Positions 8,167 to 19,003 of a stretch of DNA of 64,000 nt are shown in pieces. Positions within the stretch are counted from its first letter, which is position 1, and each line of letters opens with the position of its first letter. Source of the stretch: a virus; IMG/VR virus record IMGVR_UViG_3300032240_001333, positions 1-64,000 of that record, one strand, 5' to 3'. Below the pieces are notes generated by a model, which was not told the origin of the DNA, did no database searches, and saw only the letters and a program-made list of their open reading frames with translations. The position numbers and the translations under genes are program-made.

Positions 8167-11100
8167 TGAGTTTTACACATTTACATGTTCATAGTTACTA
8201 CAGCCTTATGGATGGATTAAATTCACCATTAGAGTTAGCTCAGGCTGCAAAAGATGCTGGCCAAACTGCAATAGCAATTACAGATCATGGAACTCTTGCA
8301 TCTCATAGAGATATGCAATTAGCATGTAAAGAAATTGGCATTAAACCAATTTTAGGTGTAGAAGCATATATATCTCCAACAGATAGATTTGATAGATCAT
8401 CTAAAACAGATAAAAGTATTCAGGCATATAACCATATTATTCTTTTAGCAAAAAATATGAAGGGCTTAGAAAATATAAATATTCTACAGGAACTTGCATG
8501 GAATGAAGGGTTTTATCATAAGCCACGTATTGATAGAGAGGTTTTAAATGATTATAACGAAGGTATTATCGTTCTCAGCGGATGTCTTAATGGACTCATT
8601 AGTAAAGCTATCGATAAAGGTAACATGGAGGAAGCAGAACTTCTTCTCAAAGGTTTTAAACAAACTTTCGGACAAGATTTTTACGTGGAAGTGCAATCAC
8701 ATAACCCTATGGAGATCAACTCTGCCCTTTTAGAATTAGCAGACAAGCTTGGAATTAAAGCGGTGGCAACAGGAGATGCTCACTTTGCTAAGGGTGAAGA
8801 TAAGATATTAGAAGAGGCAATGCTTATATTGTCCACATCCCCTAAATCAGATAAAGAAGCAGATTTTGAAATGTCTAGAAATATGAATAATATGTTGGAT
8901 AGATTTAACTATCTTTATCCTGATCGTCGTATTTCATTTCAAGACTATAATTTATTTATTCAAAGCAGATCTGAAATTGAATTAGATTTTAATAATGCTG
9001 GAATTACAAGAACTGATATTTACGATAATACTATTGAAATAACAGAAAAAATTGGAGAATACGATTTTAACAGGGGATTAGATCTCCTCCCAGTACCTAA
9101 GACCAATGCTGACCAGAAACTGGCTGATATGGCCTTTGAAGGCCTAGAAAGGCTACGTCTAAGGGAGAACTGGCTAGGAAATGATATATATGATCAAAGA
9201 CTTATGGAAGAACTTGAAATAATTAAAGAAAAGAATTTTGCCTCATATTTTTTAGTAGTAGCAGATATGATTAATTGGGCTAAAGAAAATAATATTATGG
9301 TTGGTCCTGGCCGTGGTTCAGCAGCAGGTTCTTTGGTATGCTATGCCCTAGGAATTACAGATGTAGATCCAATTGAATATGATTTATTGTTTTTCCGATT
9401 TATTAATCCTGAGCGTAATGACTTTCCAGATATTGATACAGATTTTGAAGATCGTCGTCGCAAAGAGGTTAAAGATTATCTTAAAAAGAAATTTAAGCAC
9501 GTAGCATCTATTTCAACATACACATATTTTAAAGATAAGGGTGTTATTAGAGATGCTGCTCGTGTATTTATGGTGCCATTACAAGATGTAAATCGTGCAA
9601 TGAAATCAATTGATACATTTGAAGATTTTATGGAATCCCCTAATACAAAAGAATTTAGAATGAAATACCCAGAAGTAGTATGGCTTGCCGAAAGATTGCG
9701 TGGAAAGATTAGAAGCGTAGGAGTACATGCTGCTGGTGTTGTTGTTGCAAAAGATGATATTAGAAAGTTTGCTCCAATTGAATCAAGAGAAGATGCACAG
9801 GATAAAGTATCTGGAAGAATTCCAGTTGTTGCTTATGACATGGATACTGTTGCAGATATTGGTCTTATTAAACTTGATGCTCTTGGATTAAAAACTTTAT
9901 CTGTTATTTCTGACACATTAAAGGCAATTAAAAAAAGACATAATAAAGATATAGAACTCTCAAGCCTATCCTTAAATGATGCAGAAGTTTACAAAACATT
10001 AAGCGAAGGATATACAAAAGGTGTATTCCAAGCTGAAGCAACTCCATATACAAACCTATTAATTAAAATGGGTGTAGATAAATTTGAAGATCTTGCTGCT
10101 TCAAATGCTTTAGTTCGTCCAGGTGCTATGAATACCGTAGGTGCTTCATACATTAATAGAAAACATGGGCGTGAAGATGTAGAATATGTTCATGAAATTA
10201 TGAAGCCTTTTACCGAAAACACATATGGTGTTATTATATATCAAGAACAGGTTATGCAAGCTTGCGTACACCTAGGAGGGATGTCTTGGTCAGAGGCTGA
10301 TAAGGTCCGCAAGATTATTGGTAAGAAAAAAGATGCAAAAGAATTTGACCAGTTCAAGGATAAGTTTATTGATGGGGCTTCAAAGCACATTTCTAAAAAG
10401 AAAGCCGAATCGTTATGGCACGATTTCGAGGCTCACGCAGGCTATTCTTTTAATCGTAGTCACGCTGTTGCTTATTCCATGCTTAGTTATTATACGGCTT
10501 GGCTTAAAAAGTATTACCCTCTTGAGTTCATGTTTTCAATTCTTAAAAATGAAAACAATAAAGATGCTAGGACGGAATATTTAATTGAGGCTAAACGCCT
10601 AAACCTTAAAGTATTATTGCCACATATTAATGAATCAGATGTATATTTTTCATTAAAACAAAATGCTATTCAATTTGGATTAGCTGAAATTAAATTTATT
10701 TCAGATAGTATTGCAAATAAAATTATAGAAAGAAGACCTTATGAAACGTATGCCGATTTCGTTCAAAAAGCCTCTGCCAAAGGTAGTGGCATTAACAGTA
10801 GGGCTGTATCTGCTCTTAATGCTATTGGTGGTGCTGCTTTCGACGACAATATCAGAAGCGGTAAGGAAAAGGAAAACTACTACGAATATTTAGGAATACC
10901 TACATTTAATTTAGAATCAATTCCACCACGAATTAAATCACAGGCTAGACCAATCCAAGACTTTGACGATCTTGGATCATTCCCAATGTTTGGTATGGTA
11001 AAAAGTATTAAACGTGGAACTGGATGGGCACGTATAGAATTAGTAGATGAAACTGGATCAATTGGTTTATTCCATCATGAGCAAACTCAAATTGAAACTG

Positions 11101-11444
11101 GACAAATGTATTTTATTCTTGTAGGAGATAATCGTATTGCTAGATATATTAAGGTAAACGATATTGATCCCAACGGCTCAGATCTATTTGTAGATTATTT
11201 ATATAGAAAAGAATATGATATGGAAGATGATGAAATGATGGTTATTAACTTTAATCCATATAAAACAAAAGCTGGCAAGACAATGGCACACATTGTTATG
11301 ACAGATAAAAATAAAGAGTTAAAACGGGCTATCGCATTCCCAGCCATGTATCCAAAAGTACTAGCCAAAATGCGTGAAGGTATGAAATGTAAACCAGTTC
11401 TGTCTAAATTAGATGACGGAACCTTAATGATAAAGGAAGCATAA
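8166..11444 (+). CDS. dnaE: DNA polymerase III alpha subunit (family C)
   Basis: PHP motif HLHVHSYYSLMDG, TDHG, GPGRGSAAGS, PDIDTD, YSFNRSHA; start MSFTH coupled to the upstream stop. Confidence 0.96.
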   Translation: MSFTHLHVHSYYSLMDGLNSPLELAQAAKDAGQTAIAITDHGTLASHRDMQLACKEIGIKPILGVEAYISPTDRFDRSSKTDKSIQAYNHIILLAKNMKGLENINILQELAWNEGFYHKPRIDREVLNDYNEGIIVLSGCLNGLISKAIDKGNMEEAELLLKGFKQTFGQDFYVEVQSHNPMEINSALLELADKLGIKAVATGDAHFAKGEDKILEEAMLILSTSPKSDKEADFEMSRNMNNMLDRFNYLYPDRRISFQDYNLFIQSRSEIELDFNNAGITRTDIYDNTIEITEKIGEYDFNRGLDLLPVPKTNADQKLADMAFEGLERLRLRENWLGNDIYDQRLMEELEIIKEKNFASYFLVVADMINWAKENNIMVGPGRGSAAGSLVCYALGITDVDPIEYDLLFFRFINPERNDFPDIDTDFEDRRRKEVKDYLKKKFKHVASISTYTYFKDKGVIRDAARVFMVPLQDVNRAMKSIDTFEDFMESPNTKEFRMKYPEVVWLAERLRGKIRSVGVHAAGVVVAKDDIRKFAPIESREDAQDKVSGRIPVVAYDMDTVADIGLIKLDALGLKTLSVISDTLKAIKKRHNKDIELSSLSLNDAEVYKTLSEGYTKGVFQAEATPYTNLLIKMGVDKFEDLAASNALVRPGAMNTVGASYINRKHGREDVEYVHEIMKPFTENTYGVIIYQEQVMQACVHLGGMSWSEADKVRKIIGKKKDAKEFDQFKDKFIDGASKHISKKKAESLWHDFEAHAGYSFNRSHAVAYSMLSYYTAWLKKYYPLEFMFSILKNENNKDARTEYLIEAKRLNLKVLLPHINESDVYFSLKQNAIQFGLAEIKFISDSIANKIIERRPYETYADFVQKASAKGSGINSRAVSALNAIGGAAFDDNIRSGKEKENYYEYLGIPTFNLESIPPRIKSQARPIQDFDDLGSFPMFGMVKSIKRGTGWARIELVDETGSIGLFHHEQTQIETGQMYFILVGDNRIARYIKVNDIDPNGSDLFVDYLYRKEYDMEDDEMMVINFNPYKTKAGKTMAHIVMTDKNKELKRAIAFPAMYPKVLAKMREGMKCKPVLSKLDDGTLMIKEA

Positions 11445-11683
11445 TGAGCAAAACCCCTGTAGAAGTATATGAAGCAATGAATGCTACTAATATTTTAGTG
11501 GCAATTTTAGATTCACAAAAAACAGTATCTATACCATTAGACGTATTCTTAAATGCGTCAAATGAAAATAAAAATTTAAATGTTGAATATAATGAGGATA
11601 CAACCTCATTTATTTTTGAATTGAGGGATAAAGTTGAACAACAAAATGTTGATCAGAATGTTGATGCAGAATCAAATAATTGA
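11444..11683 (+). CDS. Hypothetical protein
   Basis: AAGGA RBS; coupled to dnaE. Confidence 0.6.
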   Translation: MSKTPVEVYEAMNATNILVAILDSQKTVSIPLDVFLNASNENKNLNVEYNEDTTSFIFELRDKVEQQNVDQNVDAESNN

Positions 11684-11783
11684 ACCAGATCAGCCTATTA
11701 TTTATAATAGGTCAGAAGATTTTAGTTATAAAAAATAAAAACTAGTTTTAATGCTATAATGAGTAGATAGAGAAAGTAGAAGA

Positions 11784-12788
11784 ATGACAATTTTAATAGA
11801 TGATGTATTAGCAAAATTAGATCCAAAAACAAGAGCAAGAGTGCAGTCAGCACAAGATATTCAAGTACATAAACAACTTACACCAAGCATTGGTTTAAAT
11901 AGTGCATTGCGTGGTGGTTTGGGCTATGGAAGACAAGTCCTTGTATGGGGAAATAAATCTGCTGGTAAATCTTCGTTTTGTTTACAAATGATTGCTCTTG
12001 CACAAAAAGAAGGAAAAGCATGTGCATGGATTGATGCTGAAGCATCATATGATCAGTCATGGGCAGAACAATTAGGCGTAGATTCTTCTAAATTAATTTA
12101 TTCACCAGCTAAAACAGTTAACGATATGGTTGATGTTGCTACAAAATTAATGGAAGCTGGGGTGGATCTAATAGTAGTAGACTCCATATCAGCATTATTG
12201 CCAGCAATTTATTTTGAAAAAGATGGTAATGAAATGAAAGATTTGCAAGATACAAAGCAAATTGGTGCAGAAGCAAAAGATATGACACATGCCGTTAAGA
12301 TGTTAAACTATGCAAATAAAAATACATTGCTTGTTTTAATCTCACAGCAACGAAATCAATTTGGATCTATGCATGCCTCTCATATTCCTACAGGTGGTAT
12401 GGCTGTTAAATTCTTTTCATCAACTGTTATTAAGTTGTGGAGTTCTGAAGCAGAAGCTAATGCAATTAAAGCAGGAGTTCCTGTTGGTGATAAGATTATT
12501 GAGCAAAGAGTTGGTAGACCAGTAAATTGGATTATTGATTATAATAAACTTGGACCACCAAACTTATCAGGACAATATGACTTTTATTATCAAGGAAAGT
12601 CTCTTGGCGTAGATAGGGTTGGAGAAACTTTAGACATTGCAGAAATGTATGGCATTGTAGAAAAAGGTGGTGCTTGGTATACGGTAAATGGGGAAAGATT
12701 CCAGGGACGTGCTAAAGCAGTTGCATACTTAAAAGAAAATTTAGATGTTGTTGAGAAATTAATTGAGGAAATAAATGCCAAATCTTAA
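11784..12788 (+). CDS. recA: RecA/UvsX-like recombinase
   Basis: GNKSAGKS Walker A, WIDAE, VVDSISAL, TGGMAVKFFSS, KGGAWY. Confidence 0.93.
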   Translation: MTILIDDVLAKLDPKTRARVQSAQDIQVHKQLTPSIGLNSALRGGLGYGRQVLVWGNKSAGKSSFCLQMIALAQKEGKACAWIDAEASYDQSWAEQLGVDSSKLIYSPAKTVNDMVDVATKLMEAGVDLIVVDSISALLPAIYFEKDGNEMKDLQDTKQIGAEAKDMTHAVKMLNYANKNTLLVLISQQRNQFGSMHASHIPTGGMAVKFFSSTVIKLWSSEAEANAIKAGVPVGDKIIEQRVGRPVNWIIDYNKLGPPNLSGQYDFYYQGKSLGVDRVGETLDIAEMYGIVEKGGAWYTVNGERFQGRAKAVAYLKENLDVVEKLIEEINAKS

Positions 12789-12966
12789 AGAGTTTTTTGA
12801 CAAACCAGAGATTCTTCACAAACAAGGTCTAGAAGAAATTCCTGGAACCAAACCATGTTCTAAATGCGATAAGGATGCTGAAAGTGCATTTTGGGATCCA
12901 AATACATTTATTATGTCTTGGAAATGTCCAGATGGACATGATAATCAATATAAGGTAAATGTTTAA
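12775..12966 (+). CDS. Small zinc-ribbon protein
   Basis: CSKC...CPDGH. Confidence 0.55.
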   Translation: MPNLKEFFDKPEILHKQGLEEIPGTKPCSKCDKDAESAFWDPNTFIMSWKCPDGHDNQYKVNV

Positions 12967-13274
12967 TGTCAGAAAGATCTGAGGTTAAACGTGATGGTGC
13001 TAAGGCTCAAAAAAATAGTGGGCGTGGCGACTATCAAAAAGGTGATGCCAAGTGGAATCAATTTCTTGTTGATTATAAAGAGGCATCACGTTCATTTACT
13101 TTAAATAAAGATGTCTGGTCTAAAATATGCACAGACACATTTAAAGTTAGCAGAGACATGCATCCAGCTTTAAAAATAATTATTGGTGAAGATGCAAAAG
13201 TAAGACTAGGAATTATTGAATGGTCTATATTAGAAGAGTTAATTAATTGCTGGGAGGAGCACAATGGGAAGTAA
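12966..13274 (+). CDS. PD-(D/E)xK nuclease, possible Holliday junction resolvase
   Basis: NSGRG...KGD...VDYK motif. Confidence 0.6.
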   Translation: MSERSEVKRDGAKAQKNSGRGDYQKGDAKWNQFLVDYKEASRSFTLNKDVWSKICTDTFKVSRDMHPALKIIIGEDAKVRLGIIEWSILEELINCWEEHNGK

Positions 13275-13487
13275 TAATAAAATACCTTTTAATCCAACTA
13301 TTATTAAAAATGGCAGGATTATAAGACTACGCAAAGATGGAACAATTAAAGCAGATCTTGGTCCATATGAAACAAAGAAAAAGAAAGAGGTAAAACGTGG
13401 TTAATTTTGCATTTGGTTTAGGACTTGGATATGTACTAGGAGTATATGTTCAATATTATGTTATTAAACTAAGCAAGGATTTAGAGA

Positions 13488-13826
13488 ATGACGGAAAGTA
13501 AGAATACGCTTGAGCTAATTAGCGATATTACAGAATTTAATGACCTTCATGAATTTATGAAGGATGAGCACCTAGATAAAGCTCTGGCTATTGTGGTAAA
13601 ATTATTAATGAATCCAGATGTGCCGTCTTCAAAAGCTCCACATTTAATTATGGAATTACAAGCAATGTCTACTAAATTTGCTGTCATGGCGTCAGTATAT
13701 TCTACTATTATGAAAGACAAATCTGGAACAGAGAATAATAACAAAAAGAATGTTTATTATTCAGTTAAGGAGTCGATAGACAAACTTGTAGATGCTCTCA
13801 AGTATGTTGTCAGATATAATGGGTAG
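13488..13826 (+). CDS. Hypothetical protein
   Basis: ORF track; AAGGA RBS. Confidence 0.6.
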   Translation: MTESKNTLELISDITEFNDLHEFMKDEHLDKALAIVVKLLMNPDVPSSKAPHLIMELQAMSTKFAVMASVYSTIMKDKSGTENNNKKNVYYSVKESIDKLVDALKYVVRYNG

Positions 13827-14595
13827 AGAAATAGTAAGTAATTTAAAATTTAAAAAAGTTAACGGTAACTTTGATCCAGAGTCATTTGCTAAAATGCTTG
13901 ATGATGCATACTTAGCAACAAAACGTGGCGATCAAACAATGATTAAGACATCATTTAGTCCTAGCACTATTGGTTATGGACATGGAAATTGTCCTAGATA
14001 TTGGTATTTAGCTTTTAGTGGTGTTGGATTTATTGATGAGAATGATTCGATTGCAGTTGCTAATATGGCTCAAGGAACTCAAGCACATGAGAGATTACAA
14101 AAACTAATTAATTCTACAGGGAAATTAAAAGAAGAAGAACGTGAAATTAAAAATGAATATCCACCAATCAGAGGATTTATTGATCTTGTTTTAGATTGGA
14201 ATGGCAAAGAAGTTATAGGTGAAATTAAAACTGCTAAACAAGAAGTATGGGATACCAGACAAGCCACAATGAAGCCTTCTGCAAATCATCTGCTTCAACT
14301 ACTTACATATATGAAATTAACTAAAGCCAAAGAAGGATTTTTCTTATATGAAAATAAAAATACTCAAGAAGTATTAATTATTCCAGTTTCAATGAATGAA
14401 AGAAATACAAAGATAATTGAAGATACCTTTACTTGGTTATGTGAAGTTTGGGATAATTTTAAAGATGGAGATTTGCCAATGAGGGCATTTACAAAGTCTA
14501 CATCTACATGTAAATATTGTCCTATTAAAAAAGACTGTTGGTCAATGGAAACTGGTACGGTGCAAATAGAAGCATTTGAGGTCCCTAAGATATGA
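13819..14595 (+). CDS. Cas4-like PD-(D/E)xK exonuclease
   Basis: CPRYWY, GTQAH, GFID...GEIKT, QLLTY, C-terminal CKYCP..C Fe-S cysteines; likely start MGREI. Confidence 0.85.
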   Translation: MGREIVSNLKFKKVNGNFDPESFAKMLDDAYLATKRGDQTMIKTSFSPSTIGYGHGNCPRYWYLAFSGVGFIDENDSIAVANMAQGTQAHERLQKLINSTGKLKEEEREIKNEYPPIRGFIDLVLDWNGKEVIGEIKTAKQEVWDTRQATMKPSANHLLQLLTYMKLTKAKEGFFLYENKNTQEVLIIPVSMNERNTKIIEDTFTWLCEVWDNFKDGDLPMRAFTKSTSTCKYCPIKKDCWSMETGTVQIEAFEVPKI

Positions 14596-14870
14596 TTTGT
14601 TCAAATAAAGAATGTGCTAAAGAGTTTGATGCAAAAACTCATAATCAAAAGTACTGTACAGATGAATGTTGTCGTATTGCCACAAACCGCAGAATAATGG
14701 AAAAGTATTATGAAAAAAAGGCTATTAAGAATGGCGCACATAGAATTTGCAAAAATTGTAAAACTAAATTAAGTAGATATAATCAATCTAATATATGCTC
14801 AACTTGCGAAAAAAATATTGATTATCAAAGCAAAAAAGTAATTTGGAGTATATTAGGTGACCTTAGCTAG
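14592..14870 (+). CDS. Cys-rich zinc-binding protein
   Basis: Multiple CxxC and CxxxC pairs. Confidence 0.6.
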   Translation: MICSNKECAKEFDAKTHNQKYCTDECCRIATNRRIMEKYYEKKAIKNGAHRICKNCKTKLSRYNQSNICSTCEKNIDYQSKKVIWSILGDLS

Positions 14871-15423
14871 TTTAAAAAAAACTCAAGCTTATAGAGTTTT
14901 AGGCATAGATGCATCTACAAACTCAGTTGCCTTTTGTTTAATGGAAAATAATATACCTTTAAAATGGGGTAAGATAGAGTTTACTGGCGCAGATATATAT
15001 GAAAAAATATATGACGCTAAAATTAAAATGAATGCAATGTTAAATGAATTAAAGTCAGATTATATTGTAGTTGAAGGCGCAGTCCTTGTCAGATCCCCAG
15101 ATGCTGTAATAAAATTGTCTTATGTCTATGGAGTTGTTATTGCTGAGCTTATGTCTACTGGCGCTAAAGTTATTACAATTAGCCCATCCGCATGGCAGGC
15201 GTATATTGGCAACAAAAATCCGACAAAAGATGAAAAGTCTGCAATAAGACTAAAGAATCCAGGCTACGCAGATTCATGGTATAAAAACCAATTAAGAAAC
15301 ATGCGTAAACAAAGAACTGTAGATTATTTTAATAATAAATATAAGTTAAATTTATCAGACTTTGATGTAGCAGATTCATTTGGCATTGCTCATTATTCAA
15401 ATGAGGTATTGACTAAACGATGA
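14857..15423 (+). CDS. RuvC-like Holliday junction resolvase
   Basis: VLGIDAS, VVE and DVADS acidic triad (RNase H fold). Confidence 0.8.
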   Translation: MTLASLKKTQAYRVLGIDASTNSVAFCLMENNIPLKWGKIEFTGADIYEKIYDAKIKMNAMLNELKSDYIVVEGAVLVRSPDAVIKLSYVYGVVIAELMSTGAKVITISPSAWQAYIGNKNPTKDEKSAIRLKNPGYADSWYKNQLRNMRKQRTVDYFNNKYKLNLSDFDVADSFGIAHYSNEVLTKR

Positions 15424-15562
15424 AACTATATCAAAATAAAACGTGGCTATATCGTAGGTATATAATTCAAAAAAAAAGTATTACAGTAATAGCTCAAGAG
15501 TGTGGCGTATCAACCATGACTATACAAAGATATGTTCAAGAGTTTGGATTTAGTAAAAAAAG

Positions 15563-16258
15563 ATGAATATAGCATATAAACTTTTCCATTTGCCAAGAGA
15601 TCATGAACGCAATAAACTTGTTGAAAATGTTCATTCTAATCTTCTTAAAAGTATAAAAATATTAAATACAGATACAATTAAAATATCATCTTATGATGAA
15701 TATACTGCATTTAGAGAGCGGTATCCAGATTTTAATATAGACCCTAATGGATATAACTTAGATAATAAACAAGGTTGGCGGTACGGAGAAGTTGGTATCT
15801 GGGCTAGTAATTGGTTAGCTTGGAAAAATTTTATAGAGTCTGATTATGATTATTTAATATTAATGGAAGATGATATATTATTATATGATGATTTTTTAAT
15901 TTATGTTAAAAAATATTTAAAAGAATTACCAGAAAATTTTGATGCATTTCATGTATTTTCACCAGAAGATCAAAATTATAAATATAATACTGGACTAGAT
16001 ATATCAGAAAATATATGCTCTTCATATCAAGACTGGTCTTGTGCTTGTTATATAATTAATAAGTCTGGTGCTAAAAAAATGATAGAATTAGCCTCTAAGG
16101 GAATCTACCTTCCATTAGATTGGTTTATGTTTAGACAAAAACATGCATTAAATATATGTACAGTTAAACCAATGCTAAATAAAATATGTACAGTAATTAA
16201 TATACAATCAACATTTCAAACTAGAGAAGATAGGAAAATATTAAATGGGATTCTCTGA
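15563..16258 (+). CDS. Glycosyltransferase family 25-like
   Basis: GEVGIWASN, LILMEDD, CYIINKSGAKK, PLD. Confidence 0.8.
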   Translation: MNIAYKLFHLPRDHERNKLVENVHSNLLKSIKILNTDTIKISSYDEYTAFRERYPDFNIDPNGYNLDNKQGWRYGEVGIWASNWLAWKNFIESDYDYLILMEDDILLYDDFLIYVKKYLKELPENFDAFHVFSPEDQNYKYNTGLDISENICSSYQDWSCACYIINKSGAKKMIELASKGIYLPLDWFMFRQKHALNICTVKPMLNKICTVINIQSTFQTREDRKILNGIL

Positions 16259-16763
16259 TCCAACTAATAAGCCATGGACACAAGAAAAAATAATTGAATT
16301 AAATCCTACAACGGTTCTTGATGTAGGTGCTGGTCAGGGGGTGTATCTTGACTTAATTAGACAAGGTTTAGGAAATGGTGTTACTGTAAATGCAGTAGAA
16401 GTATGGCAGCCATACATAGATCAGTTTGATTTAGAAAATAGATACGATAAATTATTTGCAATGGATGTAAGAGATTTAACAAATTTTGCATACGATCTTG
16501 TAATACTTGGAGATGTATTAGAGCATATGTCGGAAAATTCAGCGGTTGAACTTTGGGACAGAATATCTCAACAGGCAAGACATGCTATTATCTCTATTCC
16601 TATTATTCATTACCATCAAGACGCAATTAATGGAAATCCATATGAAGTTCATGTGGAAGAAGATTGGAATACTGAAAGGGTTTTAAAAACTTTTAAAGGA
16701 ATTATAGAGCATAAAGAGTTTCCAGTGACAGGAGTATTCATAGCGAAATTTGATAATCAATGA
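16245..16763 (+). CDS. Class I SAM-dependent methyltransferase
   Basis: VLDVGAGQG, YDLVILGDVLEH. Confidence 0.85.
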   Translation: MGFSDPTNKPWTQEKIIELNPTTVLDVGAGQGVYLDLIRQGLGNGVTVNAVEVWQPYIDQFDLENRYDKLFAMDVRDLTNFAYDLVILGDVLEHMSENSAVELWDRISQQARHAIISIPIIHYHQDAINGNPYEVHVEEDWNTERVLKTFKGIIEHKEFPVTGVFIAKFDNQ

Positions 16764-17476
16764 TTCCAAAGATTATCTGGCAAACTTACAAAGATCCATT
16801 CGATCAACTACAACCATATATGCTGGATGCAGTAAATACATGGAAGACATTAAATCCTGAATATGAATATAAATACATGGATGATAGTCAAGCTGCACAA
16901 TTTATTTTAAAAGAATATGGGCAAGAATGGCATGACTTATTTGTCGGACTTCCAGTAGGAGTAATGCGTGGTGATTTATGGAGATATATGATTATCTATA
17001 AATATGGTGGAGTTTATACAGATTTAGATACAGAATGCTTAAATCCAATTAAGGTATGGTTAAATGAAGAATATGAAATGATTATTTGTCCTGAAACTGA
17101 TATTCATTTTTGTCAATGGACATTTGCTGCATCTGCTGGAAATCCAATATTAAAATCAGTTTTAGATACAATTAAAGAAAAATTAATTAATCCAACATAT
17201 GGGTCACCACATTTTGTTCATACACATACAGGACCAGCAGTATGGACTGAAGGTATTATTAAAGCTTTAGATATTAAAGTAAATAATTTAATTAGCGATC
17301 ATCTATTGTTAAACTCTTCAGATAATGCTAAACTATATAAGTTCCACTGTTATGGTGGAGAAAATTGGCGGATATTTCATTTTATTGATGTTAAGCATAT
17401 TTACGGTAGTCAAAAATGGAATGACGGAAATTATATTCAATGGATTGAAGATCCATTAGTTAGGGGTACAAGATAA
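16760..17476 (+). CDS. Glycosyltransferase family 32 (OCH1-like, DXD)
   Basis: IPKIIWQT, DLWRY, YGGVYTDLD, TGP. Confidence 0.88.
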   Translation: MIPKIIWQTYKDPFDQLQPYMLDAVNTWKTLNPEYEYKYMDDSQAAQFILKEYGQEWHDLFVGLPVGVMRGDLWRYMIIYKYGGVYTDLDTECLNPIKVWLNEEYEMIICPETDIHFCQWTFAASAGNPILKSVLDTIKEKLINPTYGSPHFVHTHTGPAVWTEGIIKALDIKVNNLISDHLLLNSSDNAKLYKFHCYGGENWRIFHFIDVKHIYGSQKWNDGNYIQWIEDPLVRGTR

Positions 17477-17799
17477 TGCCAAAACCAGTATTTAAAGACA
17501 GTAAGCAATTTATATATGATGAATTATATATGCATTCATTATCAGCACCTTCTGGAATTAAAATATTAAATGCATGTGTGGATGTGGCTCAAATGCTTAT
17601 TGAAAAAAATATATCATATGGAGATTCAGCTTTGTCCCCAATTAGATTATTTTCAACAGCGGATAATATAGAACAATTAAAAGTAAGAATAGATGATAAA
17701 TTAAATAGGGTTAAAAATGCCCAAGGATTCCCAGGAGATAATGATATAGATGACCTAATTGGTTATTTAATATTGTATAAAATAGCCAAATCTAATTGA
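17476..17799 (+). CDS. Nucleotide-modification-associated domain protein (DUF1599-like)
   Basis: KNISYGDS...RIDDKLNR...DLIGY. Confidence 0.65.
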   Translation: MPKPVFKDSKQFIYDELYMHSLSAPSGIKILNACVDVAQMLIEKNISYGDSALSPIRLFSTADNIEQLKVRIDDKLNRVKNAQGFPGDNDIDDLIGYLILYKIAKSN

Positions 17800-17824
17800 C
17801 ATTTTAGTCAACTAGAATTATAAT
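17796..17824 (+). promoter_or_regulatory. Consensus SigA promoter for the terminase operon
   Basis: TTGACA-N17-TATAAT, 8 nt before ATG 17833; spacer holds palindrome TAGTCAACTA. Confidence 0.8.
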
Positions 17825-17832
17825 TCATATAT

Positions 17833-18375
17833 ATGGAAATTGAATTATCTGATCATTTTGATCGTATGAATAAAGTTGTTGCCGAACTTTTAAAAGGCAA
17901 TAATCCGACCCAGATTGCCTCTCTAACGGGCTTTAAACGATCTGACGTAGTAGAACTTATAGATGAGTGGAAAGCGGTCGTATACAACGATACAAGTTCT
18001 AAAGAACGGGCTAAAGAGGCTATTTCAGGAGCAGATCAACATTACTCAATGCTAATTAAAGAAGCATGGAAAACTGTAGAAGATGCTGATCAAGCAGGTC
18101 AATTAAATGTTAAAGCTAATGCTCTTAAATTAATTTCAGATATTGAAACAAAAAGAATTACCATGCTTAAAGAAGTAGGCGTATTAGATAATGCTGAAAT
18201 TGCAGCACAAATTGCTGAAACTGAACATAAGCAAGATATATTAGTTAAAATATTAAAAGAAGTAACTGCTACATGTCCTAAATGTAAAATGGATGTTGCT
18301 AAAAGATTATCTCAAATTACGGGTATTGTTGAACCAATTATTATTCAAGAGGAAAAAATAGAAGATGTTCAATAA
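17833..18375 (+). CDS. Probable terminase small subunit
   Basis: N-terminal HTH (PTQIASLTG), helical body, upstream of the large subunit. Confidence 0.55.
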   Translation: MEIELSDHFDRMNKVVAELLKGNNPTQIASLTGFKRSDVVELIDEWKAVVYNDTSSKERAKEAISGADQHYSMLIKEAWKTVEDADQAGQLNVKANALKLISDIETKRITMLKEVGVLDNAEIAAQIAETEHKQDILVKILKEVTATCPKCKMDVAKRLSQITGIVEPIIIQEEKIEDVQ

Positions 18376-19003
18376 AAATGGATTTAAAACAATTGGTGAT
18401 AATATTTATGTATATAATAATTTTGTTACAGAGCAAGAATGCAATCAGATACTTTCTTTAATTAAAACATTTCAAGAAGATAAATGGATGGGTAGATTTT
18501 CTATTGATGGTGAAGGTCATAAGTGGTATGATTTTAGTGTTGATTTATTAGTTCCAATAAAAAAAAGAATTGAAAATATTCTTGATGATAAAATATATTT
18601 AGGTGACAATTTAAGCATAATAAGAATGTTAAAAGGACAGTCTTGGGGACTGCATTCAGATGATCATGATTACAAAGAAATAGTAAAAGCTAGTAAAAAT
18701 TTAAAAGAAGGCGAAGAATTTGAGTTAAGACAAAATATTGTTATGGGTCTTATACTTTATTTTAATGAATTTGAGGGTGGAGATCTATACTATCCTATTC
18801 AAAATGTAGGCTACCAGCCTAAAAAGGGAGATCTTGTAATCCACGGACCAGATAAAAATTGTCAACATAAAGTAAATAAATTAATTAGTGATGTTAGATA
18901 TTCTCACTCAAATCATCTGTATGAAATTATTAAAGTGCCAAAAGGAACACCTGGAGAACCAGCTCATTATTTTAATGAAAGTGATATAGATAATGTCATT
19001 TGA
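18365..19003 (+). CDS. 2OG-Fe(II) oxygenase (prolyl-4-hydroxylase-like)
   Basis: HSD...YFN.FEGGDL...H...R. Confidence 0.85.
   Translation: MFNKNGFKTIGDNIYVYNNFVTEQECNQILSLIKTFQEDKWMGRFSIDGEGHKWYDFSVDLLVPIKKRIENILDDKIYLGDNLSIIRMLKGQSWGLHSDDHDYKEIVKASKNLKEGEEFELRQNIVMGLILYFNEFEGGDLYYPIQNVGYQPKKGDLVIHGPDKNCQHKVNKLISDVRYSHSNHLYEIIKVPKGTPGEPAHYFNESDIDNVI

Noticed and set aside
8166-11444. Inteins or introns in dnaE (also checked helicase, recA, terL, nrdJ)
   Set aside because: Lengths are normal and catalytic motifs contiguous; no intein-like insertions seen
13819-14595. Cas4 as part of a CRISPR-Cas system
   Set aside because: No other cas genes or array; it sits in a recA-ruvC recombination operon like stand-alone phage Cas4-like nucleases
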